The notes beneath the pieces were generated by a model. That model did not search any database. It saw only the letters and a program-made list of their open reading frames with translations, and was not told where the DNA came from. A stretch of DNA of 64,000 nucleotides from Plasmodiophora brassicae (lineage: Eukaryota): positions 248,001-312,000 of the forward strand of contig CP145413.1 of the NCBI GenBank assembly GCA_036867785.1. Direction: 5' to 3'. This document shows, piece after piece, positions 38,296 through 48,728 of this stretch (its first letter is position 1; every line of letters starts with the position of its first letter). The position numbers and the translations under genes are program-made.

Positions 38296-39274
38296 ATGGG
38301 GCAGTCAATGCAGAAGCCGATGGACGCCCAGGCCGGCGCCGTTCATTTCGTGCTGAAGACGCCGCTGGCGTTCCAACAGGGCAGCCCGGCCGGTATCAGA
38401 CGCGCGGTCTTCGCCACCGGTTGCTTCTGGGGGACTGAGAAAGGGCACGATCATGCCGGCGCTCCTAATTGTTGCTATACGGTAACGCTGACGTTGGGGA
38501 CAGGTTTTGGAGACTGCCTCGTGGTATTTATTCGACGGCGGTTGGGTACTGTGGCGGCCCTGCCTCCGGTGGTAAACCGGCGTACAACGCCGTCTGTTCA
38601 GGGGCGACTGGCCATGCTGAGGCCGTCCAGGTCCTGTACGACCCTTCCAAGATATCGTACTCGGATCTACTGAGGTTCGTCTAGGCCGACAGCTGTCAAA
38701 CCTATTCGGGCTTATTAACGGACGTTGTTTAGGCTGTTCTGGGAAAGTCACGGTATGCCGAACGACAGCGATACGACGGCTGTGCCTGATCCAATGCGCT
38801 GTAGATCCGACGCAAGGCAACTGTCAAGGGAACGATCGCGGGACGCAGTACCGGTCCGGGATATATTACTCCGATGAAGATCAGAAGACGCTAGCGACCG
38901 CGAGCAAGGACGCGTACCAGGAGGCTCTGCGGGTCGCCAAGAAGGGCAGAGGCCAGTCCGTTACGACAGAGATTGCACCTTTGCAGGAATTCTTTCTTGC
39001 AGAAGATTACCATCAGTACGTAGACACTGCGGCGTGCCTATCCATCCCGTGACTGACAGTATCCAATAGACAGTATCTGGCTCGACCTGGCAACCGTCAG
39101 TACTGCTCGGCAGAACCCCAGGCGGTATCCTTGCCGCCATATGAGAAATGGGCACCGTCTGGTCTGAGCGCCGATCATGCTCCTAAACTGCCCGAATCGT
39201 ACTGGGCCAAGCACGCGCCGAAGCCTGGCTGCGTACTTCACTGCCCGAACGAACCCATTCAGTGGTCTGATTGA
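38296..39274 (+). CDS. msrA: Peptide methionine sulfoxide reductase A
   Basis: [39 protein letters not shown] and AEDYHQQY. Four introns, the first apparently GC-AG. Confidence 0.93.
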
Positions 39275-39406
39275 TCCCGTGGACCACTGTGTGCTCGGTC
39301 AATGCTGCAAAGCTTCGAACGTAATTGCTAAAATACGGCGAGTTCAGATGCATGACCTCCATATTTACCTTAGCGTTGTTTCATACTCTGTTGTATCCTG
39401 CCAGCT

Positions 39407-40176
39407 CTAAGCGGCGCACCAGGAGCCGGCCATCACCTGGCCCGCCGCATCACAAGGACGCCTGCTCCAGCCCTGTCCTGGGCCGTCACCTGCGCGTATA
39501 CACCTTCTCTGGATGACCGTTCGTAGTGGAACTGGGCTGCTCTCACCACCCAGGAAAGAATATCCTGCATGCGTCCTTGTTCGGGGTTCGCTCTCGTACC
39601 AGAGCACGATGGCATTGCCTCCCAAGCCTAGCAGCATGGACGATGTCGGGCCCTGGCTGGCCGCCGTGAATGCCCTCTGGACGAGGACGGCACCAACAAG
39701 GGCTTAGGCAGGCACGCAGCGCGTTTCGAACGCAATCCCCAGTCTCTCCGAAATCTGGTCGTCAGAAGATCGGCCTTGTTCCGCCCCGAGCACAACAGGA
39801 AGACGCCTGAGCGTGAAGAACCATCTAAAACAAGTTGCTCCTACGTTTCAGCTTAGTAGACTCATACGATGGAGTGCCAGATATCGGAGGGCAAAAGACA
39901 CTTCGAATTTATATTCTGGTCGGGCGTTGGAGCGTCGTCGATGACCCCCATTACCAGGCCAAGACGGGCGGAACTGATACCGATCGAAATGCCGGACTCG
40001 TTACGTTTGGCATGACTCTCCAGTGTGGGACCTGAGAACAATACATGTCTGCTTAACACGTCAACTACCTTGTCTTGAGACGGAGACGACGATGTGTCTG
40101 GATCGTCCATCAGTCCACTGCGGCAGATGACCTGTTCGTCTAACAGCTGATCGCCATCTTTCCGCATGAAGGCCAC
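39407..40176 (-). CDS. Possible spliced hypothetical protein
   Basis: Short minus-strand ORFs with intron-like GTGAGT...CTGA..TAG segments. No recognisable domain; boundaries uncertain. Confidence 0.25.
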
Positions 40177-40467
40177 TGTTCAACACCGTTCCTATCCATC
40201 GTGCACTGTTCCTCACCCGAAACGACCACCAGATGTAGGTCGCTGTCGGTAAGCAGGACTATTAAACCGGCCCGATCGAGCGACACTCGGGTCTGGATGT
40301 CGATCCGGCCGACCCGTGCAGAACCCTGGGCATGCTATAATTAACTCGACGCCGCAGCCCGTCCGCATCTGGCCTCACACTCACAAACTGGAACGCCGCC
40401 TCGATCGGTCGGAATTAGCGCTGTGCCGACAGCGTTCGCTGACGTCGGCAGGCAGCCACGCCTGTTC

Positions 40468-41370
40468 ATGGGGTTCCCACTGGATTCGTTTACCGAACGG
40501 GTGCCGCCGCCCCTGATCTGTCGCCTCTGCGACTGCGTCTTCCAGGACCCGGTCGGATTGCCCTGCGGGCACATGTTCTGCAGGTCGTGCCTGAACAAAT
40601 CCCTGCTCGAATCGACGTCACCCACCTGCCCGGTATGCAACGCCTTCGTCGACCGGTCGCAGTGCGTCAAGGTCAACGAACTCGTTCTGGACCTGCTGGG
40701 CGACCTGAAGACGGCCTGTTCGAAATGTTTGTGGCGAGGCACGCTGCACTCCTATGCAGAGCACGTCGCCAAAGGATGCGCTTCAGAACGATGCGCATAC
40801 CATCGGTTCGGGTGCGAAATCGTCGGGACCCGCATTGACATCGACCAGCATGAGCAGAACCATGCGGCCGACCACCTCAAGCTCGTCATGGCGACGGTGG
40901 ACGCGATCCAAACGCAGCTGAAGCCAGACGCCGATTTCTGCACGAATGGTGTTCGGAGCAGCCTGACCTGGACGGTCGGCAAGTTCGTCGAACTTGAACC
41001 AAACGTGACGCACCTGGGGCGCGCCTTCACGGTCGGCCACATGCCGTTCCAGCCTGCCATCTTCAAGCAGACCGTTGGCGAACGCTCCGGCATGCTGCGC
41101 CTGATGGTGCGCATGCTGCCTGGCGACCACATCGAATGGCTGTCTCACGTCACACGCACGATCGCCATGTGCGTCCGCGTGCATCGCATCCAGGCCAGCG
41201 GGTCGCTGACGCTCCGGCGCCAGCTCCCCTTGGCGCACTTCATACGCGACTACGAGATCGGGCAAGTCCCGCTGGGCACCCTCCTGGACGACGGCTTCCT
41301 CAGCCCGTCCGGCGCCCTACGACTCCGCATCCAGGTCGACACCGGCATCGACGTCTTCGACATGATGTAA
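40468..41370 (+). CDS. TRAF-like E3 ligase (RING + TRAF zinc finger + MATH-like)
   Basis: C3HC4 RING CRLC..PCGHMFCRSC..CPVC, then C..C..H..C and CAYHRFGC..H..H. C-terminal TWTVGKF...GFLSPSGALRLRIQV resembles a MATH domain. Intronless. Confidence 0.82.
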   Translation: MGFPLDSFTERVPPPLICRLCDCVFQDPVGLPCGHMFCRSCLNKSLLESTSPTCPVCNAFVDRSQCVKVNELVLDLLGDLKTACSKCLWRGTLHSYAEHVAKGCASERCAYHRFGCEIVGTRIDIDQHEQNHAADHLKLVMATVDAIQTQLKPDADFCTNGVRSSLTWTVGKFVELEPNVTHLGRAFTVGHMPFQPAIFKQTVGERSGMLRLMVRMLPGDHIEWLSHVTRTIAMCVRVHRIQASGSLTLRRQLPLAHFIRDYEIGQVPLGTLLDDGFLSPSGALRLRIQVDTGIDVFDMM

Positions 41371-41863
41371 ACCCCGAATATATAATAACCTGTCCCTGGG
41401 CAATGGGCGTACTACCTACACATACGCGCATTCCCGGCCGTCCGACACCGCGGTCGGCGCCAGCGTCGTTACGTTACAGGACGGACACGCTCCGACGCGT
41501 CCGTCGGCGTGCGGCCCCGGAGCCGGCAGTGCAGCTCCGATGCCGAGTCGAACTGGAGCGAAAATCGGGGGGAGGGGCGCAGTACTGGCGCTCGCGCCGG
41601 ACCCACGTTTCATTCGGCGCCTGCTGCGTACGTTATGACTGGAAGCAGATCCCAGCGAGCGGAGGGGAGGGTCGCGTCCCCGTCCATTCGATTCGCGTCG
41701 TCGTCGCTGGATGCGGCTGGTGCCTGGTTCGGTATCGGCGGTGTCGTTCAGCGGGTAGCGGCGTGCGCCGCCGTTGTCGGGTGTCACGCGGGATATTTTT
41801 TGGGGGGCGCAGGGGCGATCACTATCGTACCGGTTGGACGCGCGACGCGGGTCGTGTGTGCGC

Positions 41864-43866
41864 ATGACGACTGCGGACGGGGACGGGAGCGGTGGCGCCG
41901 GCGCCAACGGGACGATGGCAGCCGGTCCCATACGGGTCTGCGTGCTGTCGTCGTCGTACGAGGGGTCCAAGGCCGCCACCAAGGCCTGGGACGATTTCCT
42001 GTGCACCCCGGCGAATGTCCTGAAGGGCGATAGCCACTACGTGTTCAACAATGTGCAGATTCTCAAGGCCGGCGCCTACCAGCAGGTCTGCCGCCCGCGT
42101 CCACCCGTTGCCCGCACCTGACGGTCCAATGGTCAGGTGCGTGCCCTGGTCAATTCCAAGAAGTACGACGTGTTCTTCAATTTGTGCGACGGCGCCAAAG
42201 ACGAAGACCGGGCCGGGATCTCGGTGGTGCAAGCGCTTGAGGAATTCGGCGTCGCGTTCACCGGGTCCGACTCCCGTCACTACGAACCCAGCAAGCTGGA
42301 GATGAAGATGCTGGCGTTCTATGCGGGCATCAAGGTGCCCCCGTTCGCACACGTCACCGCCGCCGATAACGTCGTTGAGGTCTGCTCCGGGCTTCGCTTC
42401 CCGTTGATCGTCAAGCACGTCAGCGGGTACGGGAGCGTCGGCATGCGCAAGGAATCCAAATGCCATAACTTCGATGAGCTTCACAAGGAGGCCAAACGGT
42501 TAGCGGGCCGCGCGTCGATACGCAATGCATGTCTAGGATCTGACGGGACCGTTCCGCTGCTAGCTTTATCGATATGTTCGGCGAGGTGCTTGTCGAGGAG
42601 TTCATAGAAGGCGTCGAAATAAACGTGCTTGCGTTTGAGGATCTGGATGGCGACCCCACTCGGGTGTTGCACCCCATTCAGGTTTGACTTCGTGTCCATA
42701 CGATGGGGGGTACCAAACTAACCGTCTTGCAATGGTCGCAGGTCGTCTTTCCAGATGGGGAAACGTTCAAGCACTTTGACTTGAAATGGATCGGCATGCT
42801 GAACCATCAGACGGCGCGGTCCGTTGCAGACCCAGTCCTTGCCAAGAAATGCGAAGAGATCGGCTTGGCAGCTTTCGAACACATCCTGGGAGGGGTCGGG
42901 TGCGTTCCGGTAGCGCTTGGTTGTGTGCGGCATCGGTCATGAGGCTCTATACGTGGTTTAGTTACGGGCGTTCTGACCTGCGCGTCTGTTCCCGAACTGG
43001 CGAGGTTTACCTGCTGGAAATCAACCCGAACTGCGGCTTGTTCTATCCCAACAAAGACGGGACCGCCGACGTCATCATGGAACTCGACCCGTTTGGCGCT
43101 GACAATGTCGCCCGGCATCTGATCCAGGCGGCTATCAATCGCAACAACCGTCGAATCGCGCGTGTACGCCCGGGGATCCGACCGAGGGACCGTGAATCGT
43201 TCGATCTGAGATGGTTGCTCAGTTGCCGCCGGTCACGGTCGTGTTCCACCCTGACAAGGGATACCATGTCCAAGCAAGTCGTCACATCAAGGCGGGAGAG
43301 CTGGTATTTCCGGATGAAGCTACGCCTTTTACGATCGTCACGAAGCAGTACGTTGCGGCGAACTGGAACCCGGCGAACAAGCTGGCCTTTGCACAATACG
43401 CCTGGCCGATCTCGAACGAGGTATGACTGTGCTGATTCACGACCTGGCATGCTCGTGCTTGTTTGGCTCTAAACGCTCGTGCAGGTGTACTCGACGTGGA
43501 ATTCGGACCCGAAGCAGTGGCGCCCGATCAATCATTCATGTGACCCGAAGTGCGTCTGCTTTGTTCCCGGTTGGCACATGCACTGCTGATACGTCTTGCA
43601 GCCTATGGTTCGGCAAGAATCACTCGTTGAACGTGTACGCCCGAGTCGACATTGCGGAAGGGGACCAGTTAACGATGGATTACGCGACGTTCTGTTCCGG
43701 CCCCCTGATGCACCCGTTCGACTGCATGTGCAAGAGCGCGAAGTGTCGCGTTCGCATCACTCACCTCGACTACGTCAATTTGCAATCTATTCGCGATACG
43801 TTCGGTACCCGAGTCACCGACTTCATCTACAACGAATTCATGAACGCGTCATCGTCGTCGTCGTGA
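41864..43866 (+). CDS. ATP-grasp (D-Ala-D-Ala-ligase-like) domain fused to a SET/post-SET domain
   Basis: YDVFFNLCDG, AFTGS, FPLIVKH..GSVG, VLVEEFIEG, GYGRSDLR and YLLEINPNCG. Then KGYHVQA..IKAGELV, INHSCDP, QLTMDY and FDCMCKSAKCR. Short GT-AG introns join the two halves in one frame. Confidence 0.82.
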
Positions 43867-44202
43867 CGCATGCCCGCCCCGCATCATTTGTATGCCAAAT
43901 GCACAATGTCTTATTGTATAAACGATAGATTAAACAGCCTCAGTGTCCTTTGCCGCTAAGTGCTGTCCTATGCCGGGATCCCATGCGTCCGAATTCGCAG
44001 ATGGGGCACAACGTTGACTTTCGGCGTTCGTACAAGCACCAACGGCGATGGCCCTACCGTTGATTGCTCGACACCTTACCACAACGATGGGCTCTGATCC
44101 TACTGAGTGTCCCAAACCACAGAGTCCAGCACCACATGTTTATTGCATTGGCTGAACGGTAACGGACACTAGGTATCGTACCAATGAGATCCCAGCGAAA
44201 CG

Positions 44203-45021
44203 TCAACCCTGCGTTGTGTTCAGAACAAATGCGGCTCCCGCCCGGGTCAGCGTATCGTTCGTGATGCGAGTCGCGTTATCCCGGTGGTGCCAGTTCGTGT
44301 TGTTCCAGCTGGCGGTGCCGTTAGAATCCGATTCGCTAGTGTTGCCGGTCGCGTTGTCTGAGTAGTGCCAGTCCGTGTTGTTCCAGCTGGCGGTGCCGTA
44401 AGACTCCCATTCGCTCGTGTTGCCGGTCGCGTTGTCGGAGTAGTGCCAGTTCGTGTTGTTCCAGCTGGCGGTGCCGTAAGACTCCCAATCGCTCGTGTTG
44501 CCGGTCGCGTTGTTGGAGTAGTGCCAGTCCGTGTTGTTCCAGCTGGCGGTGCCGTAAGACTCCCAATCGCTAGTGTTGCCGGTCGCGTTGTCGGAGTAGT
44601 GCCAGTCCGTGTTGTTCCAGCTGGCGGTGCCGTAAGACTCCCAATCGCTCGTGTTGCCGGTCGCGTTGTCGGAGTAGTGCCAGTCCGTGTTGTTCCAGCT
44701 GGCGGTGCCGTAAGACTCCCAATCGCTAGTGTTGCCGGTCGCGTTGTCGGAGTAGTGCCAGTTCGAGTCGTTGACGTCGGTCTGGTTAGACTGCGTTTCG
44801 TTGATCCAGGCCCCGTGATCTGGCAGCCATTGCATCGTCTTGTTGTCGTGCGTCGTCGTGTTGACCACAAGGCCGTGCGTTTCGCTGTTGTGCGTCATGT
44901 TGCTGGACGTCGCCGTGTTATTCACGAGGTCATGCTTTAAGCTGTCAGACCGCACATGGCCAACGGTGACACCAATGAGCAAGGCGATGGATAGGAGAAC
45001 ATTCTTGCGTGTGAACGGCAT
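44203..45021 (-). CDS. Secreted Asn/Thr/Trp-rich tandem-repeat glycoprotein
   Basis: Signal peptide (VLLSIALLIGVTVG). Six 26-aa repeats WHYSDNATGNTSDWESYGTASWNNTD. Many N-x-S/T sequons. Confidence 0.8.
   Translation of the reverse strand: MPFTRKNVLLSIALLIGVTVGHVRSDSLKHDLVNNTATSSNMTHNSETHGLVVNTTTHDNKTMQWLPDHGAWINETQSNQTDVNDSNWHYSDNATGNTSDWESYGTASWNNTDWHYSDNATGNTSDWESYGTASWNNTDWHYSDNATGNTSDWESYGTASWNNTDWHYSNNATGNTSDWESYGTASWNNTNWHYSDNATGNTSEWESYGTASWNNTDWHYSDNATGNTSESDSNGTASWNNTNWHHRDNATRITNDTLTRAGAAFVLNTTQG
44272..44762. repeat. 78-bp coding minisatellite, ~6.3 units
   Basis: GTGCCAGT..GT recurs at 44287, 44365, 44443, 44521, 44599, 44677 and 44755. Confidence 0.92.
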
Positions 45022-45632
45022 TCTGGAGCGACGGCCACCTTGTTATATGCAGAGCCTTCCTTGTTCGGATCCAGGCGAATAATAGCACTGTGACCGTAAG
45101 GACGATGCGATTCGTCCAATGCGTTCAGCGCAGATTTGGCGGGATCAATCCGGCCAGATCCAGATCCGCGCTATCAGACGCCGCGATTCTTCGAGTGCGG
45201 TCGATGACTGACCCGATTAATCAGCCTACGTAGAACCCGCGCTAAACAGGCTATGCAGATGAAATGCGAATGACTCCGACTACTGTTCCGCAGGCCCTCC
45301 TTGTCCGTTCTGCAGACGGACCGACGTCTCTTGGCGCTCGAATCGCTGTTCGCTACTTGCGCGCCTGTTGGTGATGCCCTATAATAATAATATAGAACGG
45401 CGCTTCGTTCTATATTTATATTGATCCGTCGCAAGTTACGACGGCCGAACAACAATCGGGCGTCGGATTTCTGCGCCACGCTGAGCCCCTGCCATTATTG
45501 ATCGATTGCTGAAATGACATTGGTCGCAGATGCACACCGCGACCTTGGAGAACAGCCGATTCCCATTCTATAGACAGAATGGAAGGGCCCATCAGGCCAT
45601 CACAGCTTGCAAATGTTTACAGAATAGTCAAG

Positions 45633-46969
45633 TCATAACTTCTGTAGCGCTCTGACACGATCCAGAACTTCAAGCAGAAGGGTCTCTGCTCCACTCCAGT
45701 CTGGGCGCATGGGATTTAGACGCCACTCAACCAGCAGGCGGAGACAGCGAGAGCCACCTTTGAATCGCAGGCTTGCCAATGCCTGACTAGTCTTCTTCTC
45801 GGCTTCGCCGATCAACGCGAAATAAGCTTTCTGGGATTCTGCAAGAACCATTCGTCACTGGACCTCGCCGCCGTCCCAGAGATTGTTGCATACCAATCGA
45901 CTGCGAGCCTATCGATGAGGCAGCTGTCTGACGCTGCGTTTGGGAGTAGGAAGGCGGTGGACGATGAGCCGCTACGGGCTCGGGCTGACCAGAAAGAGCA
46001 GGTTGTACATGTGCCGGTTTGGAGGGTTGGTCGTCATCATCGAAATCGAACCTGTGAAACAGTCGGTCTCGAAGTAATAGATAAAAGAGTGAAGCTACGC
46101 GTACGACCGAGACGCCGCCGGGGGCGCAGATCTCGCAGGCGGGGACATCTCTACAACTTTGGCGTCACTGACGTCTTCTGGTTCCGCGTTATACGGACCA
46201 GGCGTCGGCTTAACGCCATTCTGTCATCACACCAGGTAAGCCCGCGTTGACGTACAGCCCAGTCCCACAGGCCAGACCTTCAGTGCTTTAGCGATGTCCG
46301 CAGCCTTCCACTTCGCATATCTACAGCCGCATCCATAGTCAGACGATAGGTGTGCACCCCCAGAGCACGGCGCCCAGACCTGATTCGCTCCTCGACCTCC
46401 GGGTCAAGTGGACCAAAGTACTGAAGCGTCTGTACGCGCCAGCAAACATTGAGGAGGACGACCAAAGGGACAGGCGACCTGTCAGTTACAGATACCTCGA
46501 AGATCACAGACGATGCTTGGAAGCCAAAGACAGTGTTCTTGTTGGCGTTGCCAGCTCTGTCGGCCTTGTCCGCGTAATCGAACACTTGCGCAGCAAACGC
46601 CTCAATCGTCTGCTTATCGCGTTCGGCATCCAGGGTCAGCGTCGCTTTCGTCTTCTCGAGGGCATCAAACTGGCATGACCACATTCATTCAGACACAAAG
46701 CGGATGCTGGATGACGTACAACACACATACCATTGAGTTGATGTAGGCCGTTGCAGCCGCATCCCGCTGGTCTTTGGGGAGCTTCAGCGCCATCGTCAGC
46801 GCGAACATTCTTGCTGCGACGACACAGGGTAAGATATCGGCCACACCCTGCCCGCCGACGGCCAGTCACCGTAGTAGGCCACCACCGGCTGTTTCGATTT
46901 GTCCAGCTGCACGGCCTGCACCAGGAACCGTTTCACCGACTTGAGCGACTCGGGGACGGCGGTCGCCAT
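45633..46969 (-). CDS. VTA1: Vta1/LIP5 (ESCRT, Vps4 co-factor)
   Basis: N-terminal MIT region PESLKSVKRFL..PVVAYY, VFDYADKADRAG and RYAKWKAADIAKALK. C-terminal VSL-like AEKKTSQALASLRFKD. Confidence 0.85.
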
Positions 46970-47434
46970 CACCGCTCAGGAGACACCACCACCGGTCCCC
47001 GGACTGCGCCGCCTGACCTCGCGGCGATCGTTCACCAAAACGTGCTATTACGGGCACAGGCGCGTCTACAGTCTACGCACCGCGGCACTGTAGCTGCAAC
47101 TTGCAAACTGTAGCTCGGCGCTCGTGGTGTAGTTCGTTGGACAGTGGTAGAACGCGCACTTTGCTGCGAAATCTTCCGTTGACCTGTGCCCACTCAGTCC
47201 GCAACAGGGTACAGACTCTGTACTAAACGCTGTTGCGCGGCAACTCTGTTGCTGAAGAGCACTGAAGGTCGGCAGACGTGCGTGGCGGTTTCAGGTCATC
47301 TCGCAAGACGCGCGACAAAGGAACGTCCTCCTGCAAGCCATACTGCGCACTTTCGCGATTCTAAAATTAGGCATGACGGATCGTGACCGCCGATCACCGG
47401 GCGTGGCGGGCGTCGCCGGTGACCAGATTCGAAA

Positions 47435-48289
47435 ATGCAAACCGTTACAAGCATGTCGCAACCTGCCCAAGTTGTACTCCGACGGCGTCGGGACGGGTGT
47501 CGCCGTGCCGTGTTCGTGCAGGAGGGATGCCCGCCCGGCCAAGTGTCCAGCATGCCATCATCGTTCGCGTATTTGGTAAGTCGATGCTGTAACCGCAAAG
47601 TCGCACGGCTCATCGTGGCACTGTTGTAGACCACGCCCGTCGAGTTCGATGCGGCTATAGATTCCCTGAACTGTGTGGCCGGGCGTTCGATCCTGGGCGG
47701 CAAGAAGACCAGGTGGGTCTTTTTCCTGTTCGCGTTGTTGTTTACCGGGTATATGATCTGGGCCATCACCGAGTTCAAGTCAACGAAGAACGAGTTCAAC
47801 TCGTTCGCAGAAGCCCTTATCTTCCTGATCCTTATGCCCGTTATGGTCGTCGTGTTGGTTGTCGTCGTGGTTGCCGCTGGGACGATCATCACCGCATGCA
47901 CTGTCACTGGAATCTGTTCGGCGAATAAGAGAAATCAGGTATTGCTTCTTGTTGTAATCTACCGGCGACTCTAATACGATTGGTGTTTAGCGCCTGCGTA
48001 ATACCGAACTCGTGATTTCCAATCTCAACGCCCAGTTCGCTGGTCGCCTCACGTGGCAGGTGCGTTTCACTCGAGGTAGTGAGATGAACACTCCACGGCG
48101 CTGATACTGTTCCTATGCTAGATTCGCAAGGATATGGGAGGGCACAGAGTCGTTGTCATAACCGCGGCCCAAGGCCCTGCGGAAACCATGGCACCACCGC
48201 AGTACGAAGCTGTCCAGGTCTATGACGAGTCGCTACCTACCAGCGATGAGTTTGCAACCGTGAAACCGGGCGCTGCCACAATCCAATAG
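47435..48289 (+). CDS. Two-TM membrane protein with C-terminal PPxY motif (weakly Erf4/golgin-A7-like)
   Basis: Three GT-AG introns join ..AYL-TTPVEFDAAIDSLN.., two hydrophobic helices, ISNLNAQF and MAPPQYEAV, ending TIQ-TAG. Confidence 0.55.
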
Positions 48290-48728
48290 ACAATCCGCTT
48301 AATGTAAGCACCTATTATAACGGGACGTAAGCGTCCATCCCTGCAGTGAGACAATTTCAGTCGATGCTATTGAGGCTGCCGAAATGACGGTTTCGAGGCA
48401 CCTGTGACAAGCGAATGGGAACTGGCTTTCCAGACGACAGGTTCACTTAAGCGTCGGGACGTCGTCATCCACAAGCGCCTTGACAATGTCTTCGACAATG
48501 ACGTCGAAGTGTATAAAGCTCGCGTCCTAGGGGGCGCCCCAGCACCCACGATCCCATAACAATAGCTGCAACAGCTCGGCAGGGGTACCGGCGATCACAA
48601 ACTTCGTTGCCATCCCTTCCGATTAAAGGTCGAGGCGCAGGGACGAATTCGCCAGACGCCATCCACGAATGCGACGAAAGAAAACGTTTACTTCAGACAG
48701 TGCAGGCGTAGCAAACGGTTGGAGCGGC

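Noticed and set aside
38296-38316. N-myristoylation of MsrA (MGQSMQK)
   Set aside because: Gly2 is present but the usual Ser/Thr at position 6 is absent, and the start codon is unverified.
41864-43866. Bacterial contamination suggested by Ddl-like and MHYT genes
   Set aside because: These genes carry spliceosomal introns of the same style as their neighbours.
44272-44762. 78-bp repeats as a CRISPR array or as coding in other frames
   Set aside because: No unique spacers. Only the 44203-45021 frame has a signal peptide and a sensible composition.
48380-48560. Fragment VEVYKARVLG resembling a kinase N-lobe
   Set aside because: Too short, with no other kinase motifs.
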